This document shows, piece after piece, positions 7,716 to 16,804 of a DNA stretch of 33,093 bases. The number at the start of each line of letters is the position of its first letter. Positions within the stretch are counted from its first letter, which is position 1. The translations under genes and the position numbers were made by a program. The DNA comes from an uncultured Syntrophorhabdus sp. (GTDB taxonomy: Bacteria; Desulfobacterota; BSN033; UBA1163): NCBI GenBank assembly GCA_964638215.1, contig CAZXBI010000004.1, positions 1-33,093 on the forward strand, read 5' to 3'. The notes beneath the pieces were generated by a model. It searched no databases, had not been told where the DNA came from, and saw only the letters and a list, made by a program, of their open reading frames with translations.

Positions 7716-9119
7716 ATGGAGATGGGAAGAAAGATAAGCGAACAACTGGCAGATCTGACAGCACATCTTCGCTATGATGATTTACCTGGAAATGTACGTT
7801 ACCATGCAACTACATTAATTTTAGATCTCTTGGGATCGATCATTGGTTCAAAGAAGATTGAGTCCAGCCAGATGGCAGCAGAATTGGCTTTGGAGTTAGG
7901 TGGACCAGAAGAAAGCAATATCATAGGGTATCATCATAAGGTATCAACGCCTAATGCAGCATTTGCCAATGCAATCCAGGGATATGCTTTTGATTATACG
8001 GATGATCATAACGAGTCAAATTGTCATCCGAGTGTTGCAACGATTCCAGCGAGTTTAGCTCTTGGTCAAAAACTACACTCCAGCGGAAAGGAAATAGTAG
8101 AGGCAATTGCTCTGGGGAATGAAGTGGTTTGCCGGTTAGGAGCGGCATTTCTTGGAAAAACCTATTATCAAGGATTTCATCCAACAAGCACCTGCGGTGT
8201 ATTTGGTGCGGCGATCTCGGCTGCGAAACTTCTGAAACTAGATTTTAAAAGAACAGTCTGGGCTTTAGGAATTGCTGGTAGCCAAGCCGCAGGTTTACTT
8301 GAATGGAATGCTGAGGGATCCTACACCAAGAGGCTTCAAGCAGGCCATCCAGCCATGTGTGGACTCCTCTCAGCCATGTTGGCCGAAAAAGGGTTTAATG
8401 GACCAAGCACGATTTTTGAAGGCGTAACCGGGTTTTTAAATGCTTACTCACTTAACCGAGAATATGACGTTTCCTATATTACAAAGGATTTAGGGAAAGT
8501 TTGGAATTTTTCCACATCGAGCATTAAATTCTATCCGTGTTGCAGGTATTCTGCAGGACATTTGGATGCGTGTCTGGAAATCTATGAAAAGTATCATCCC
8601 GATCCTCAAAAGATCAGAAAAATTTTAATACGTTCTTCAAATTTTGCCATTAAAATTCTGACCACTCCTCTTGAAAGAAAATTAAAACCTCAAACAACAG
8701 TAGATGCCCAATTTAGTATGCCCTATCAAGCGGCTATTGCCCTCATTCGAGGGAAGGTTGATGTCAATGCATTCACGGAGAGTAGTTTTAAAGATCCAAA
8801 GGTTCTCAGTTTGGTTCCGAAGGTGGAATGGACGATTGATGAAGAATTTGAACGCCGTTACCCCAGTTCTTATTCTTGTGCGGTTACAGTGGCCATGGAT
8901 AATGGGGAGACATTTACTTCGGGCGTCGATAACCCCAAAGGGGATTATCGGAATCCTCTAACTCAGGGGGAGATTGAGAATAAATTTATCGGTTTGGCCA
9001 ATATCGAAATAGCGGATGGGAATAAAATAGGGGACATTATCGCTTTCGTTCGAGATATTGAAAAAGCCGTTGATATTAATAGACTGTTCTCTTTAATTGA
9101 GAGCTCATCCACCTCTTAA
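7716..9119 (+). CDS. MmgE/PrpD family protein 1
   Basis: DYTDDH...HPS, GFHPT, K.LQAG, FEG..GF, KFYPCCR, AQFSMPY, PKG...NPL motifs, 467 aa. Confidence 0.93.
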   Translation: MEMGRKISEQLADLTAHLRYDDLPGNVRYHATTLILDLLGSIIGSKKIESSQMAAELALELGGPEESNIIGYHHKVSTPNAAFANAIQGYAFDYTDDHNESNCHPSVATIPASLALGQKLHSSGKEIVEAIALGNEVVCRLGAAFLGKTYYQGFHPTSTCGVFGAAISAAKLLKLDFKRTVWALGIAGSQAAGLLEWNAEGSYTKRLQAGHPAMCGLLSAMLAEKGFNGPSTIFEGVTGFLNAYSLNREYDVSYITKDLGKVWNFSTSSIKFYPCCRYSAGHLDACLEIYEKYHPDPQKIRKILIRSSNFAIKILTTPLERKLKPQTTVDAQFSMPYQAAIALIRGKVDVNAFTESSFKDPKVLSLVPKVEWTIDEEFERRYPSSYSCAVTVAMDNGETFTSGVDNPKGDYRNPLTQGEIENKFIGLANIEIADGNKIGDIIAFVRDIEKAVDINRLFSLIESSSTS

Positions 9120-9147
9120 TAATTCCTTGTTCCGAGAGATCGACTCG

Positions 9148-9948
9148 ATGATTTATGATGAACCGATTTTTCTAATTGGTGGTGATTCATTTGTAACCAT
9201 TGAATTGGGTGATGATGGTAGCCTATTCTTAAATCTATATATTCTTACCTTTGAGAAGATGATATTGGAGTCGAAAATTCCCGGATTGATCGACACAACT
9301 TCCCTTCGGACCACCATAATGGTTCATTATGATCCATTTGTTATCCAGGCTCAACAGCTCATTGAACATTTGCGGACTCTGATATCTTGTGGAATCAATA
9401 TTCCACCTAGAATCCCTTCAAGGCTAATCTATCTGCCTGTTTTTTATAATGACCCCTGGACCCGGGAATGCGCAAGGGAATTTGGATTGCTTCCCAACCT
9501 TGAGATTATTGCAAAAGAAAATAATATTTCCGTAGAAGAGGTGATAGAAATTCACTCTCAGCCGATCTATTTCGTCAGCTACACATCCTTTATGTTTGGA
9601 AGTTTTGGAGCCTTTCCTATTGACCAAAAAACCGTTTTGAAAAATTCGAAATACAAGAAACCACGAAAATGGACACCAAGAGGAACTCTGGGGATAGGTG
9701 GAACAACAACTAATATTTACCCAGTTTCATCTCCTGGCGGAATCATGATGTTAGGAAATATTCCTGTAAAAACTTTCGATACAGAAGGCAGAAATATTTT
9801 TTTTAAAGAAGATCCTCTACTCATTCATCCGGGAGACCGACTTAAATTTTTCTCAATTGAAAAAAGTGAATATGAATATATGAAAAAGTACGTTGATGAT
9901 TATTCTTATAAAATAGAGGAAGGTTATATTGAACCAAAAAAAATATGA
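9148..9948 (+). CDS. pxpB: PxpB/KipI-like carboxyltransferase C-D domain protein (allophanate hydrolase subunit 1 family)
   Basis: GGDS...IELG, PG.ID......VHYDP, LPVFY, PR.WTP.G.LGIGG...IYP..SPGG...LG..P, PGDR.KF. Likely start ATG 9148. Confidence 0.8.
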   Translation: MIYDEPIFLIGGDSFVTIELGDDGSLFLNLYILTFEKMILESKIPGLIDTTSLRTTIMVHYDPFVIQAQQLIEHLRTLISCGINIPPRIPSRLIYLPVFYNDPWTRECAREFGLLPNLEIIAKENNISVEEVIEIHSQPIYFVSYTSFMFGSFGAFPIDQKTVLKNSKYKKPRKWTPRGTLGIGGTTTNIYPVSSPGGIMMLGNIPVKTFDTEGRNIFFKEDPLLIHPGDRLKFFSIEKSEYEYMKKYVDDYSYKIEEGYIEPKKI

Positions 9949-10928
9949 GAGCATGTCAAGTCATTCAGCCTGGCATTTTTAGCGTGATTCAAGATCTCGG
10001 CCGGAAAGGCCATTCTTCAGAAGGAATTCCAAACAGTGGAGCCTTCGACCCTGTTGCTTTTCGATTGGGAAATCTTCTCCTTCAAAATCACCCACAAGCT
10101 GCAGGGATTGAGATTCTTTTGAGAGGACTTTGCTTAGAGTTCTTAGAGAAGACTTGGATTGCGATTACCGGAGGAGATTTGGGAGCAAAGATTGATGGGC
10201 ACCCTGTACCGATGTGGCAGACATTTCCAGTCACTTCAGGGCAAAAACTTTTCTTTTCTGGCCGCATAAAAGGATTAAGGGCTTATTTGTTATTTGCCGG
10301 AGGTTTAGATGTACCTGACTTTTTAGGAAGTCGTTCGACCCATCTTTTTATTAAAAAGGGTGGGGTCGAAGGACGGAATCTTGCAAAGGGGGATGTGTTA
10401 GAAACGTTTTCTCATTCTGCAGAGATTCTGACTCGTCGTGTTCCAACCCAATTGCAACCTCTCTATGGCCCCCCATGGAGACTTCGTATGATCTACGGAC
10501 TCCAATATAAAGTTTTTACTGAATTAAGTTTGGAATCTTTTGAATCATTTACCTGGACAGTTACCCCAGAGGCAGATCGGATGGGTATTCGTTTAAAAGG
10601 TTTTACTTTCGAATTTAAAAAATCTTTTGATCCCGAGCTTAAAAAGTTAGGCGGAAGAGATCCATCTAACATTATAACTGAAGGAAATCCCTTGGGATCA
10701 ATTCAATATCCAGGAGAAGGCCAAGTCATTATTATTGGTCCCGATGGGCCTTGCGTGGGAGGCTATGTCAAATTGGGAACAGTGATCGGTGCTGATTTTT
10801 TCCTATTAGGCCAAGTGATGCCAGGAGATAAGGTAATATTTAAACCCGTCACGCTTGAGGAAGCCTATAAAGAACTTTACCAACAAAAGTCAATTTGTGA
10901 AGATTACGCAGCCTTAGAAGGATGCTGA
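9945..10928 (+). CDS. pxpC: PxpC/KipA-like carboxyltransferase A-B domain protein
   Basis: PG....QDLGR.G....G.P.SGAFD, N.LL.N, G.RAYL...GG, LGSRST, DRMGIRL.G, GGY, Q..PGD.V.F motifs. Confidence 0.85.
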   Translation: MRACQVIQPGIFSVIQDLGRKGHSSEGIPNSGAFDPVAFRLGNLLLQNHPQAAGIEILLRGLCLEFLEKTWIAITGGDLGAKIDGHPVPMWQTFPVTSGQKLFFSGRIKGLRAYLLFAGGLDVPDFLGSRSTHLFIKKGGVEGRNLAKGDVLETFSHSAEILTRRVPTQLQPLYGPPWRLRMIYGLQYKVFTELSLESFESFTWTVTPEADRMGIRLKGFTFEFKKSFDPELKKLGGRDPSNIITEGNPLGSIQYPGEGQVIIIGPDGPCVGGYVKLGTVIGADFFLLGQVMPGDKVIFKPVTLEEAYKELYQQKSICEDYAALEGC

Positions 10929-10961
10929 TAAAGAGGGAGGTTTTTAAGAAGGAGGAGAGCG

Positions 10962-11723
10962 ATGTTTAGAGTTGATTTAAATTCAGATGTTGGCGAAAGT
11001 TTTGGGAATTATAGGTATGGAAACGATGAAGAGAATATGAATTATTTGACATCCGTAAATGTTGCCTGTGGATTACATGCAGGTGACCCTATGGTGATGA
11101 ATGACACTGTTGAATTGGCAAACCAAAAAGGATTAGCCATTGGAGCTCACCCTGGTTTACCAGATCTTCAGGGATTTGGACGTCGAAAAATGGACTTATC
11201 TCCTGAAGAATCTAGAGACTTAGTTCTATATCAAATTGGGGCCCTTAGCGCTTTTGCCAAATTACAAAAATGTAAATTAACCCATGTCACACTTCATGGG
11301 GCACTTTCCGGAATGGGGAAACATAATGAACCATTAGCTCGAAAAATTGTTGAAGGGATTAAAGCATATGATCCGGCCCTGATTTTTACTGGCGTTCCTG
11401 GATTGGCATCTTATGAGGTAGCTAAAGCATTAGGGCTTCGAGTCGCCGCGCTCATTCCAATCGATTTAGATTTTCATAAAGATGGAACTTCGATCATTGA
11501 GAGAAAGAAAAAGAGCCGAGACCCTAAAGAAATCTTACGAAAGGCATTGAAACTTGTGACTAAAGGAAAACTTGAAACAGTTGATGGAGTGGATAAAGAG
11601 TTAAAAGTTGATATTCTATTAGTCCACGGAGATGGCCCGAATGCTATAGACATATTAAAAGAGCTTAGAACCGGCCTAATAAACGCAGGAGTTAAAATTG
11701 AATCCTTTCCCAATTTTATATGA
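10962..11723 (+). CDS. pxpA: PxpA/LamB/YcsF family protein (5-oxoprolinase subunit A-like)
   Basis: DLNSDVGESFG, NVACGLHAGDP, GAHPGLPDLQGFGRR, YQIGAL, HGAL, VHGD motifs. Confidence 0.9.
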   Translation: MFRVDLNSDVGESFGNYRYGNDEENMNYLTSVNVACGLHAGDPMVMNDTVELANQKGLAIGAHPGLPDLQGFGRRKMDLSPEESRDLVLYQIGALSAFAKLQKCKLTHVTLHGALSGMGKHNEPLARKIVEGIKAYDPALIFTGVPGLASYEVAKALGLRVAALIPIDLDFHKDGTSIIERKKKSRDPKEILRKALKLVTKGKLETVDGVDKELKVDILLVHGDGPNAIDILKELRTGLINAGVKIESFPNFI

Positions 11724-11768
11724 AATAATAAAGACCGAGAATCTCATAGACATTTTTGTATTAGAGGT

Positions 11769-11879
11769 GAAAAGCAGGGATTAAAGAAGGGGGGTGGTCT
11801 ATAAATTAATTGAATTAGAAAAGCAGGGATTAAAGAAGGGAGGTGGTCTATAAATTAATTGAATTAGAAAAGTAGGGAT
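11769..11879. repeat. 49-bp direct tandem repeat, about 2.3 copies
   Basis: GAAAAGCAGGGATTAAAGAAGGG(G/A)GGTGGTCTATAAATTAATTGAATTA at 11769-11817 and 11818-11866 (one mismatch), with a partial third copy GAAAAGTAGGGAT at 11867-11879. Confidence 0.95.
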
Positions 11880-11930
11880 GGTCAAAAATAAATCAGTTAA
11901 ATGCAAGAGTTTAAATGAAGGAGGTCAGGT

Positions 11931-13190
11931 ATGAAAAAGAAGATACAAAAGCTCGGATGTATAGTGTTAGTATTGACGTTCTTGTTAGGTGGTTTAATGT
12001 ATAAGTGTGACGAAGCTATTGCGCAGGCTAAACCTAAGGAAATTAAAATTGCTTTGATTTATTCTTTATCTGGTGCTCTGGCTCGTAACGGAAACCTGAC
12101 GGCACAGAGCGCAAAGGCTGCAATGAATTGGGTCAATGATCGAGGGGGTATTAAATCCTTGGGGGGAGCAAAATTGGTACCTGTCGTTGGGGATGGGGGA
12201 AGTACTGTAGAAGGAATAGCAAGTGCGACGGAGCGTGTCTGTAGAGACCCAGAAATCGTCATGGCTGTTGGATCTTGGGCGAGTTCGTTCACGATGGCCT
12301 CCACTGAAGTGACTGAGAGGTTAGGGATCCCTCAATTCAGCATTAGCTTTTCTGATGGGCTTACTGCACGCGGCTTCAAATGGGGTTTCTACGTATGTCC
12401 ACCTAGTTCTGCTCAAGGGGAGTTGGGTATTTCTGAAGTGATTAACTTAGCTAAAGGCGCTGGGCAAGTGGTGAAGACGGCTATGCTTATTGGTGACAAT
12501 CAGGCTGCTTCCAAGGGCTTCTATGATGCTTGCAGAAAGCATTTTCCCGAGATGGGTATTAAGATTATCGCAGAAGAAATTTGGGCAATGGGAACACTTA
12601 CAGATGCCACGCCTGTTATACAAAAAGTGAAAACCTTAAAGCCCGATATCGTTGTATTCATGGCCACAGCCATTGCAGAAGCCCAGATATGCTTGATGAA
12701 AAAGAAAGAGTTGGGGGTGACAATACCATTTATTGCCAATGGAGGTTGGGCAGCAGACCCCTCTTTTAGACAAGTTGGTGCAACAACCTTGGAAGGGTTG
12801 ATAATAATTGCCCCCACTTTTCCTAATAAGAATTTTCCAAAGGAGTGGACTAAATACTCATTGGAGCAGTGTAAAAAAGAATACTCAGATGAACCTTGGG
12901 TGGGGCAAGAACTCGGATATGCCTGGCCAACGGTTCCAGTCATGGCAGAGATATTGGAACGGGCTGGTACAACGGACAGAAATAAGATTCGTGAAGTTGC
13001 CAGTAAAATAGATATCAGTAATGTTATCTCAACAAAGGCACACCCCAAAGACGGTATCGCTTTCGATGAAACAGGGCGGATTGCCAAGAAATATCAAAGT
13101 ATCACATTGATTCAATGGCAAAAGGGGGTTCCTCGTACGGTTTATCCTCCTAATCTTGCTCTGTCTAAACCGATTTGGGTAGTCAAGTAG
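11931..13190 (+). CDS. ABC transporter substrate-binding protein, branched-chain amino acid (LivK/PBP1) family
   Basis: Signal peptide MKKKIQK-hydrophobic-AIA. EIKIA....LSG.LA..G, VN..GGIKSLGGAKL, G.W.S..T, I.FDETG, QWQ.G motifs. SD AAGGAGG. Confidence 0.92.
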   Translation: MKKKIQKLGCIVLVLTFLLGGLMYKCDEAIAQAKPKEIKIALIYSLSGALARNGNLTAQSAKAAMNWVNDRGGIKSLGGAKLVPVVGDGGSTVEGIASATERVCRDPEIVMAVGSWASSFTMASTEVTERLGIPQFSISFSDGLTARGFKWGFYVCPPSSAQGELGISEVINLAKGAGQVVKTAMLIGDNQAASKGFYDACRKHFPEMGIKIIAEEIWAMGTLTDATPVIQKVKTLKPDIVVFMATAIAEAQICLMKKKELGVTIPFIANGGWAADPSFRQVGATTLEGLIIIAPTFPNKNFPKEWTKYSLEQCKKEYSDEPWVGQELGYAWPTVPVMAEILERAGTTDRNKIREVASKIDISNVISTKAHPKDGIAFDETGRIAKKYQSITLIQWQKGVPRTVYPPNLALSKPIWVVK

Positions 13191-13206
13191 AAATAGGAAG
13201 CTTCAA

Positions 13207-13250
13207 TTTACAATCCAGGCAGGGGCAAATTCCTCTGTCTGGATTGTAAA
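13207..13250 (+). terminator. Stem-loop after the binding-protein gene (mRNA stabiliser or partial terminator)
   Basis: TTTACAATCCAGGCAGGGG-CAAATT-CCTCTGTCTGGATTGTAAA forms a 19-bp stem with two G-U pairs. No U-tract follows. Confidence 0.65.
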
Positions 13251-13292
13251 GACACCAATGGTTATCTTAAAGAGTCACAAGTTGGGGGAAGT

Positions 13293-14174
13293 ATGGAAGT
13301 TTTCATTCAGTTGATCGTATCAGGGATATTGGTAGGAGTATCCTATGGTGTTTTGGCAGCGGGTTTGGCATTGATTTTTGGTGTAATGAAGATTATCAAT
13401 TTTGCTCATGCTACCTTTGCTGTCCTGGCCATGTATTTTCCAACTTTTTGGTTTCTCCAGTGGTGGGGAATTGATCCCTTTATCTCTGTCCTCATTTCGA
13501 TCCCTTTATTTTTCATTATGGGGTACATCGTGCAAAGAGTCTTAATCGAACGTGTCATCGGTACCCCTGATGCAGAGAGTTCGACGCTAATTATGACTCT
13601 TGGATTTTCATTGCTCATCGAGAATATGATTCTCATAGGATGGTCCGGAACTCCTCGTATCATCAATCAGCCCTATACAATGGGGACCTGGGATATAGAA
13701 GGTGTCCTCATCAACCAAGCTCAATCGTATAGCCTTATCATCTCGATCATATTAATCTTCGGATTATTCTTTCTCCTAAACAAGACGAGGATAGGAAGAG
13801 CTATAAGAGCTGCTGCTGATGATCCTGATGGCTGTGCTTATATGGGGATAAATCTAAAGGTTGTATATGGAATTGCTTTCGGTCTTGGGATTGCCATCAC
13901 AGCAGCAGGAGGGTGTATGATGGCAACCTACCGACCTTTCGAGCCATTTTTTGGGGAAACAATTGTTGTCATCCTCTTTGCGAGCGTTGTATTAGGAGGG
14001 ATGATGAGCATAGCAGGTGCCCTAATAGGGGGTGTCTTAATTGGACTTATTCAGCAGCTGAGCACACTGGTTGTTCCAATAGCTCTCCAGAATGTGGCTG
14101 TATTTGCTATTTTTGTGCTTTGTTTATATCTATTGCCTCAAGGAATTCTTGGTAAGAAAGGGCGTGTGGTATGA
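13293..14174 (+). CDS. livH: Branched-chain amino acid ABC transporter permease (LivH type)
   Basis: G...G..Y...A.GL.LIFGVMKIINFAH, TRIGRAIRA......A..MGIN, VVLGG motifs, hydrophobic. Confidence 0.93.
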   Translation: MEVFIQLIVSGILVGVSYGVLAAGLALIFGVMKIINFAHATFAVLAMYFPTFWFLQWWGIDPFISVLISIPLFFIMGYIVQRVLIERVIGTPDAESSTLIMTLGFSLLIENMILIGWSGTPRIINQPYTMGTWDIEGVLINQAQSYSLIISIILIFGLFFLLNKTRIGRAIRAAADDPDGCAYMGINLKVVYGIAFGLGIAITAAGGCMMATYRPFEPFFGETIVVILFASVVLGGMMSIAGALIGGVLIGLIQQLSTLVVPIALQNVAVFAIFVLCLYLLPQGILGKKGRVV

Positions 14175-16006
14175 ATCCCAAAGGAAAACAGGGAGTTTCG
14201 TTTCTTTGGCGTAATTATCTTCCTATCATTATTATCTGTTTGATGGGCTTATTGATTTCCTTTCTAATTGGTAACAACCGATATATGCAACGAATCCTCC
14301 TGCTTGTCATTCTCTGGGCTTGTGCTTCTTCGTCGTTTAATATCATCTCTGGTTATGGTGGGCAAGTGGTCTTTGGTTATATGATGTTTGTAGGTACAGG
14401 AGCCTATACGACCGTACTACTTTTTAAGATTTTGGGAGTTTCCCCTTGGTTGGGGATGTGGGTAGGGGCGATGATTTCTGTCCTCATCGCCTTCTTCATT
14501 GGATTACCAACACTTCGTTTACGAGGTGCCTATTTCGTTGTTGCCACAATAGCCTTTCCATTAATGACAGTCCCTATTGTGAATCACCTTGGATTTGAGG
14601 AGGTAAGCATCCCTTTTGCCAAACATGGCGTTGGATCCATGCAGTTCACGGATATACGATATTATATTTTAATAGCAGTGGTTTTACTCGCAGTCATCCT
14701 CATTATAATTCGGATGATGGAACGTTCACGCTTTGGTTATAAATTAAAGGCCCTTAAGCAGAATGAGACAGCAGCTGAGGGAATGGGAATCAATACTCAT
14801 TGGACTAAACTTCTGGCATTCATGCTCAGTTCTGGCCTGGGGGCAATCATGGGCGCTGTATACGCCTTTAGCATTTTATATCTTTTAAGCACACGCTCTG
14901 CGTTCGGACTCTTTATCATTGTTAGAGTCCTTAGCATCTCGATTGTGGGAGGGTTGAGTACTCTTTGGGGACCCGTCATCGGTTCTGCTCTATTGGTTCC
15001 ATTAGGGGAAATCCTCAGTTCTCAAGTTGGAGACCGCTATCCAGGGGTTCAGGATATTATTTACGGAGCAGCTCTTGTTGCTACGATCATCTATATGCCT
15101 CAAGGGATTTGGGGAAGAATTAGTGAAACGTTAACCAAGCGTGCTAAAAAAGTGGTATCTCCTGCGGTACCGGTCCCTGAAGAAACGTTTAAACCTAACA
15201 ATGAAGTTACCTCGGAGAAATCAGGTCCACTTAAGCTCGAATCTTCCAGAATAGTACATAGCAAGAATGACTCCATCCTTAGGCTAGAAAATATATATAA
15301 ATCATTTGGTGGAGTCATGCCTCTTAGGGATGTGAGTGTTGAAGTGCCTACAGGCAAAATTCTGGGCATTATTGGCCCGAATGGAGCCGGCAAGACAACC
15401 CTATTCAACGTAATAAATGGTTATTTAAAACCAGATAAAGGTAGGATTTTTTTTGAGGGAAAGGAGGTTACCAATCTAAGTCCTCACCAATTATGCGATA
15501 TGGGAATCGGCCGAACTTTTCAGACCGCTCAAATCTTTAGCAATATGAGTATTCTAGAAAATATCATGATTGGAGCATTTATTAGGGAAGGAAGCGTAGC
15601 CAGAGCCTATTCCGTTGCAGAAAATTTAGCTCATCAGATGGGACTCTCAAGGAGAGTGAAAGACCAAGCAGTAGGCCTGAGCATTTTGGAAACAAAAACT
15701 CTTGAATTTTCAAGGGCTTTGGCAACAAAGCCGAAACTGCTTCTCATTGACGAACCCATGGCAGGCTTAAACCCAGAGGAAACAAACAGAATAGGGCAGA
15801 TCATGAAGGCTATCGCAGAGAGCGGTATCACAGTTATCGTCATTGAACATGTTGTTCAGAGCCTAGTGAAGATTGCCGATTGGATGGTTGGTTTAGACGG
15901 GGGCCGTAAGGTGGCTGATGGGACTCCTGAAGAGGTGACCTCAGATCCTCACATCATCGAAGCTTATCTTGGTGCAAAGTGGAGAGAACGTTATGCTAAA
16001 CGTTAA
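14171..16006 (+). CDS. Fused LivM-type permease and LivG-type ATPase
   Basis: N-half: NII.GYGGQ..FG, LRLRG.YF..AT, SRFG..L.A..QNE.AA..MGIN. C-half: Walker A GPNGAGKTT, GIGRTFQ, LLLIDEP.AGL, IEH, EAYLG. Confidence 0.92.
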   Translation: MNPKGKQGVSFLWRNYLPIIIICLMGLLISFLIGNNRYMQRILLLVILWACASSSFNIISGYGGQVVFGYMMFVGTGAYTTVLLFKILGVSPWLGMWVGAMISVLIAFFIGLPTLRLRGAYFVVATIAFPLMTVPIVNHLGFEEVSIPFAKHGVGSMQFTDIRYYILIAVVLLAVILIIIRMMERSRFGYKLKALKQNETAAEGMGINTHWTKLLAFMLSSGLGAIMGAVYAFSILYLLSTRSAFGLFIIVRVLSISIVGGLSTLWGPVIGSALLVPLGEILSSQVGDRYPGVQDIIYGAALVATIIYMPQGIWGRISETLTKRAKKVVSPAVPVPEETFKPNNEVTSEKSGPLKLESSRIVHSKNDSILRLENIYKSFGGVMPLRDVSVEVPTGKILGIIGPNGAGKTTLFNVINGYLKPDKGRIFFEGKEVTNLSPHQLCDMGIGRTFQTAQIFSNMSILENIMIGAFIREGSVARAYSVAENLAHQMGLSRRVKDQAVGLSILETKTLEFSRALATKPKLLLIDEPMAGLNPEETNRIGQIMKAIAESGITVIVIEHVVQSLVKIADWMVGLDGGRKVADGTPEEVTSDPHIIEAYLGAKWRERYAKR

Positions 16007-16703
16007 AAAGATCACAACTGCCTATAGTGGAATGGAGGCCCTTCACAAAGTTTCCATTGATTTAGAGGGGGGTGAGTTCGTTTCTATCATTGGTCCTAAT
16101 GGTGCTGGTAAGAGTACTCTCCTAAAAGCCGTCTCTGGCACCGTTAAGTGTATTTCTGGGGAGATATTTTTCAAAAATGTAAATATTACTCGAAAGGATG
16201 CCCATAAACGTACCCAAATGGGTATCATCCACATTCCAGAGGGTCGCCGAATTTTTCCCAATTTGAGAGTTATTGAAAATCTTGACTTGGGTGCGTTTCG
16301 GTCTGAAGCTCATAGCTCCGCGCAAGAAAACCTTGCGATTGTATTAGAGCTTTTTCCTATCTTAAAAGAACGACGTTATCAACTCGGAGGCACACTCAGC
16401 GGTGGAGAGCAACAGATGTTAGCCATTGGCCGAGGTTTAATGTCTAAACCCCACCTCTTGATGTTGGATGAGCCTTCTTTGGGACTTTCTCCTTTGTTAG
16501 CCGATTCCATTTTTAATGTGATAAAAGATATAAGGAAGAAGCTAAAGCTCCCAATTCTTTTAGTGGAACAGAGGGCAGTAGAGGCACTGGAGCTCTGTGA
16601 CCGTGGCTATATCTTGGAGTCTGGAAGAATCACAATGGGGGGTGACAGGGAAATGCTGATGGGTAATCCTATAGTACAAAGAGCATATTTGGGTTCTGGT
16701 TAA
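15993..16703 (+). CDS. livF: Branched-chain amino acid ABC transporter ATPase (LivF type)
   Basis: GPNGAGKST, PEGRRIF, LSGGEQQMLAIGR, LDEPSLGL, LVEQ, AYLG. ATG at 15993. Confidence 0.95.
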   Translation: MLNVKKITTAYSGMEALHKVSIDLEGGEFVSIIGPNGAGKSTLLKAVSGTVKCISGEIFFKNVNITRKDAHKRTQMGIIHIPEGRRIFPNLRVIENLDLGAFRSEAHSSAQENLAIVLELFPILKERRYQLGGTLSGGEQQMLAIGRGLMSKPHLLMLDEPSLGLSPLLADSIFNVIKDIRKKLKLPILLVEQRAVEALELCDRGYILESGRITMGGDREMLMGNPIVQRAYLGSG

Positions 16704-16804
16704 AGTGAATTCAATGGAAGGTCTTCAGTAATTCTTGGGAAGGCCGAGGGGATACGAATAATAGAAAGATTAAAACTTGAAATTATGGGAGGGAGGACAA
16801 ACCA

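Noticed and set aside
11769-11879. Tandem repeat as a CRISPR array
   Set aside because: The units are contiguous with no unique spacers, there are only about 2.3 copies, and no cas genes are present.
14171-16006. LivM-LivG fusion as a frameshift or assembly artefact
   Set aside because: It is a continuous frame with a plausible linker, and this fused architecture is known.
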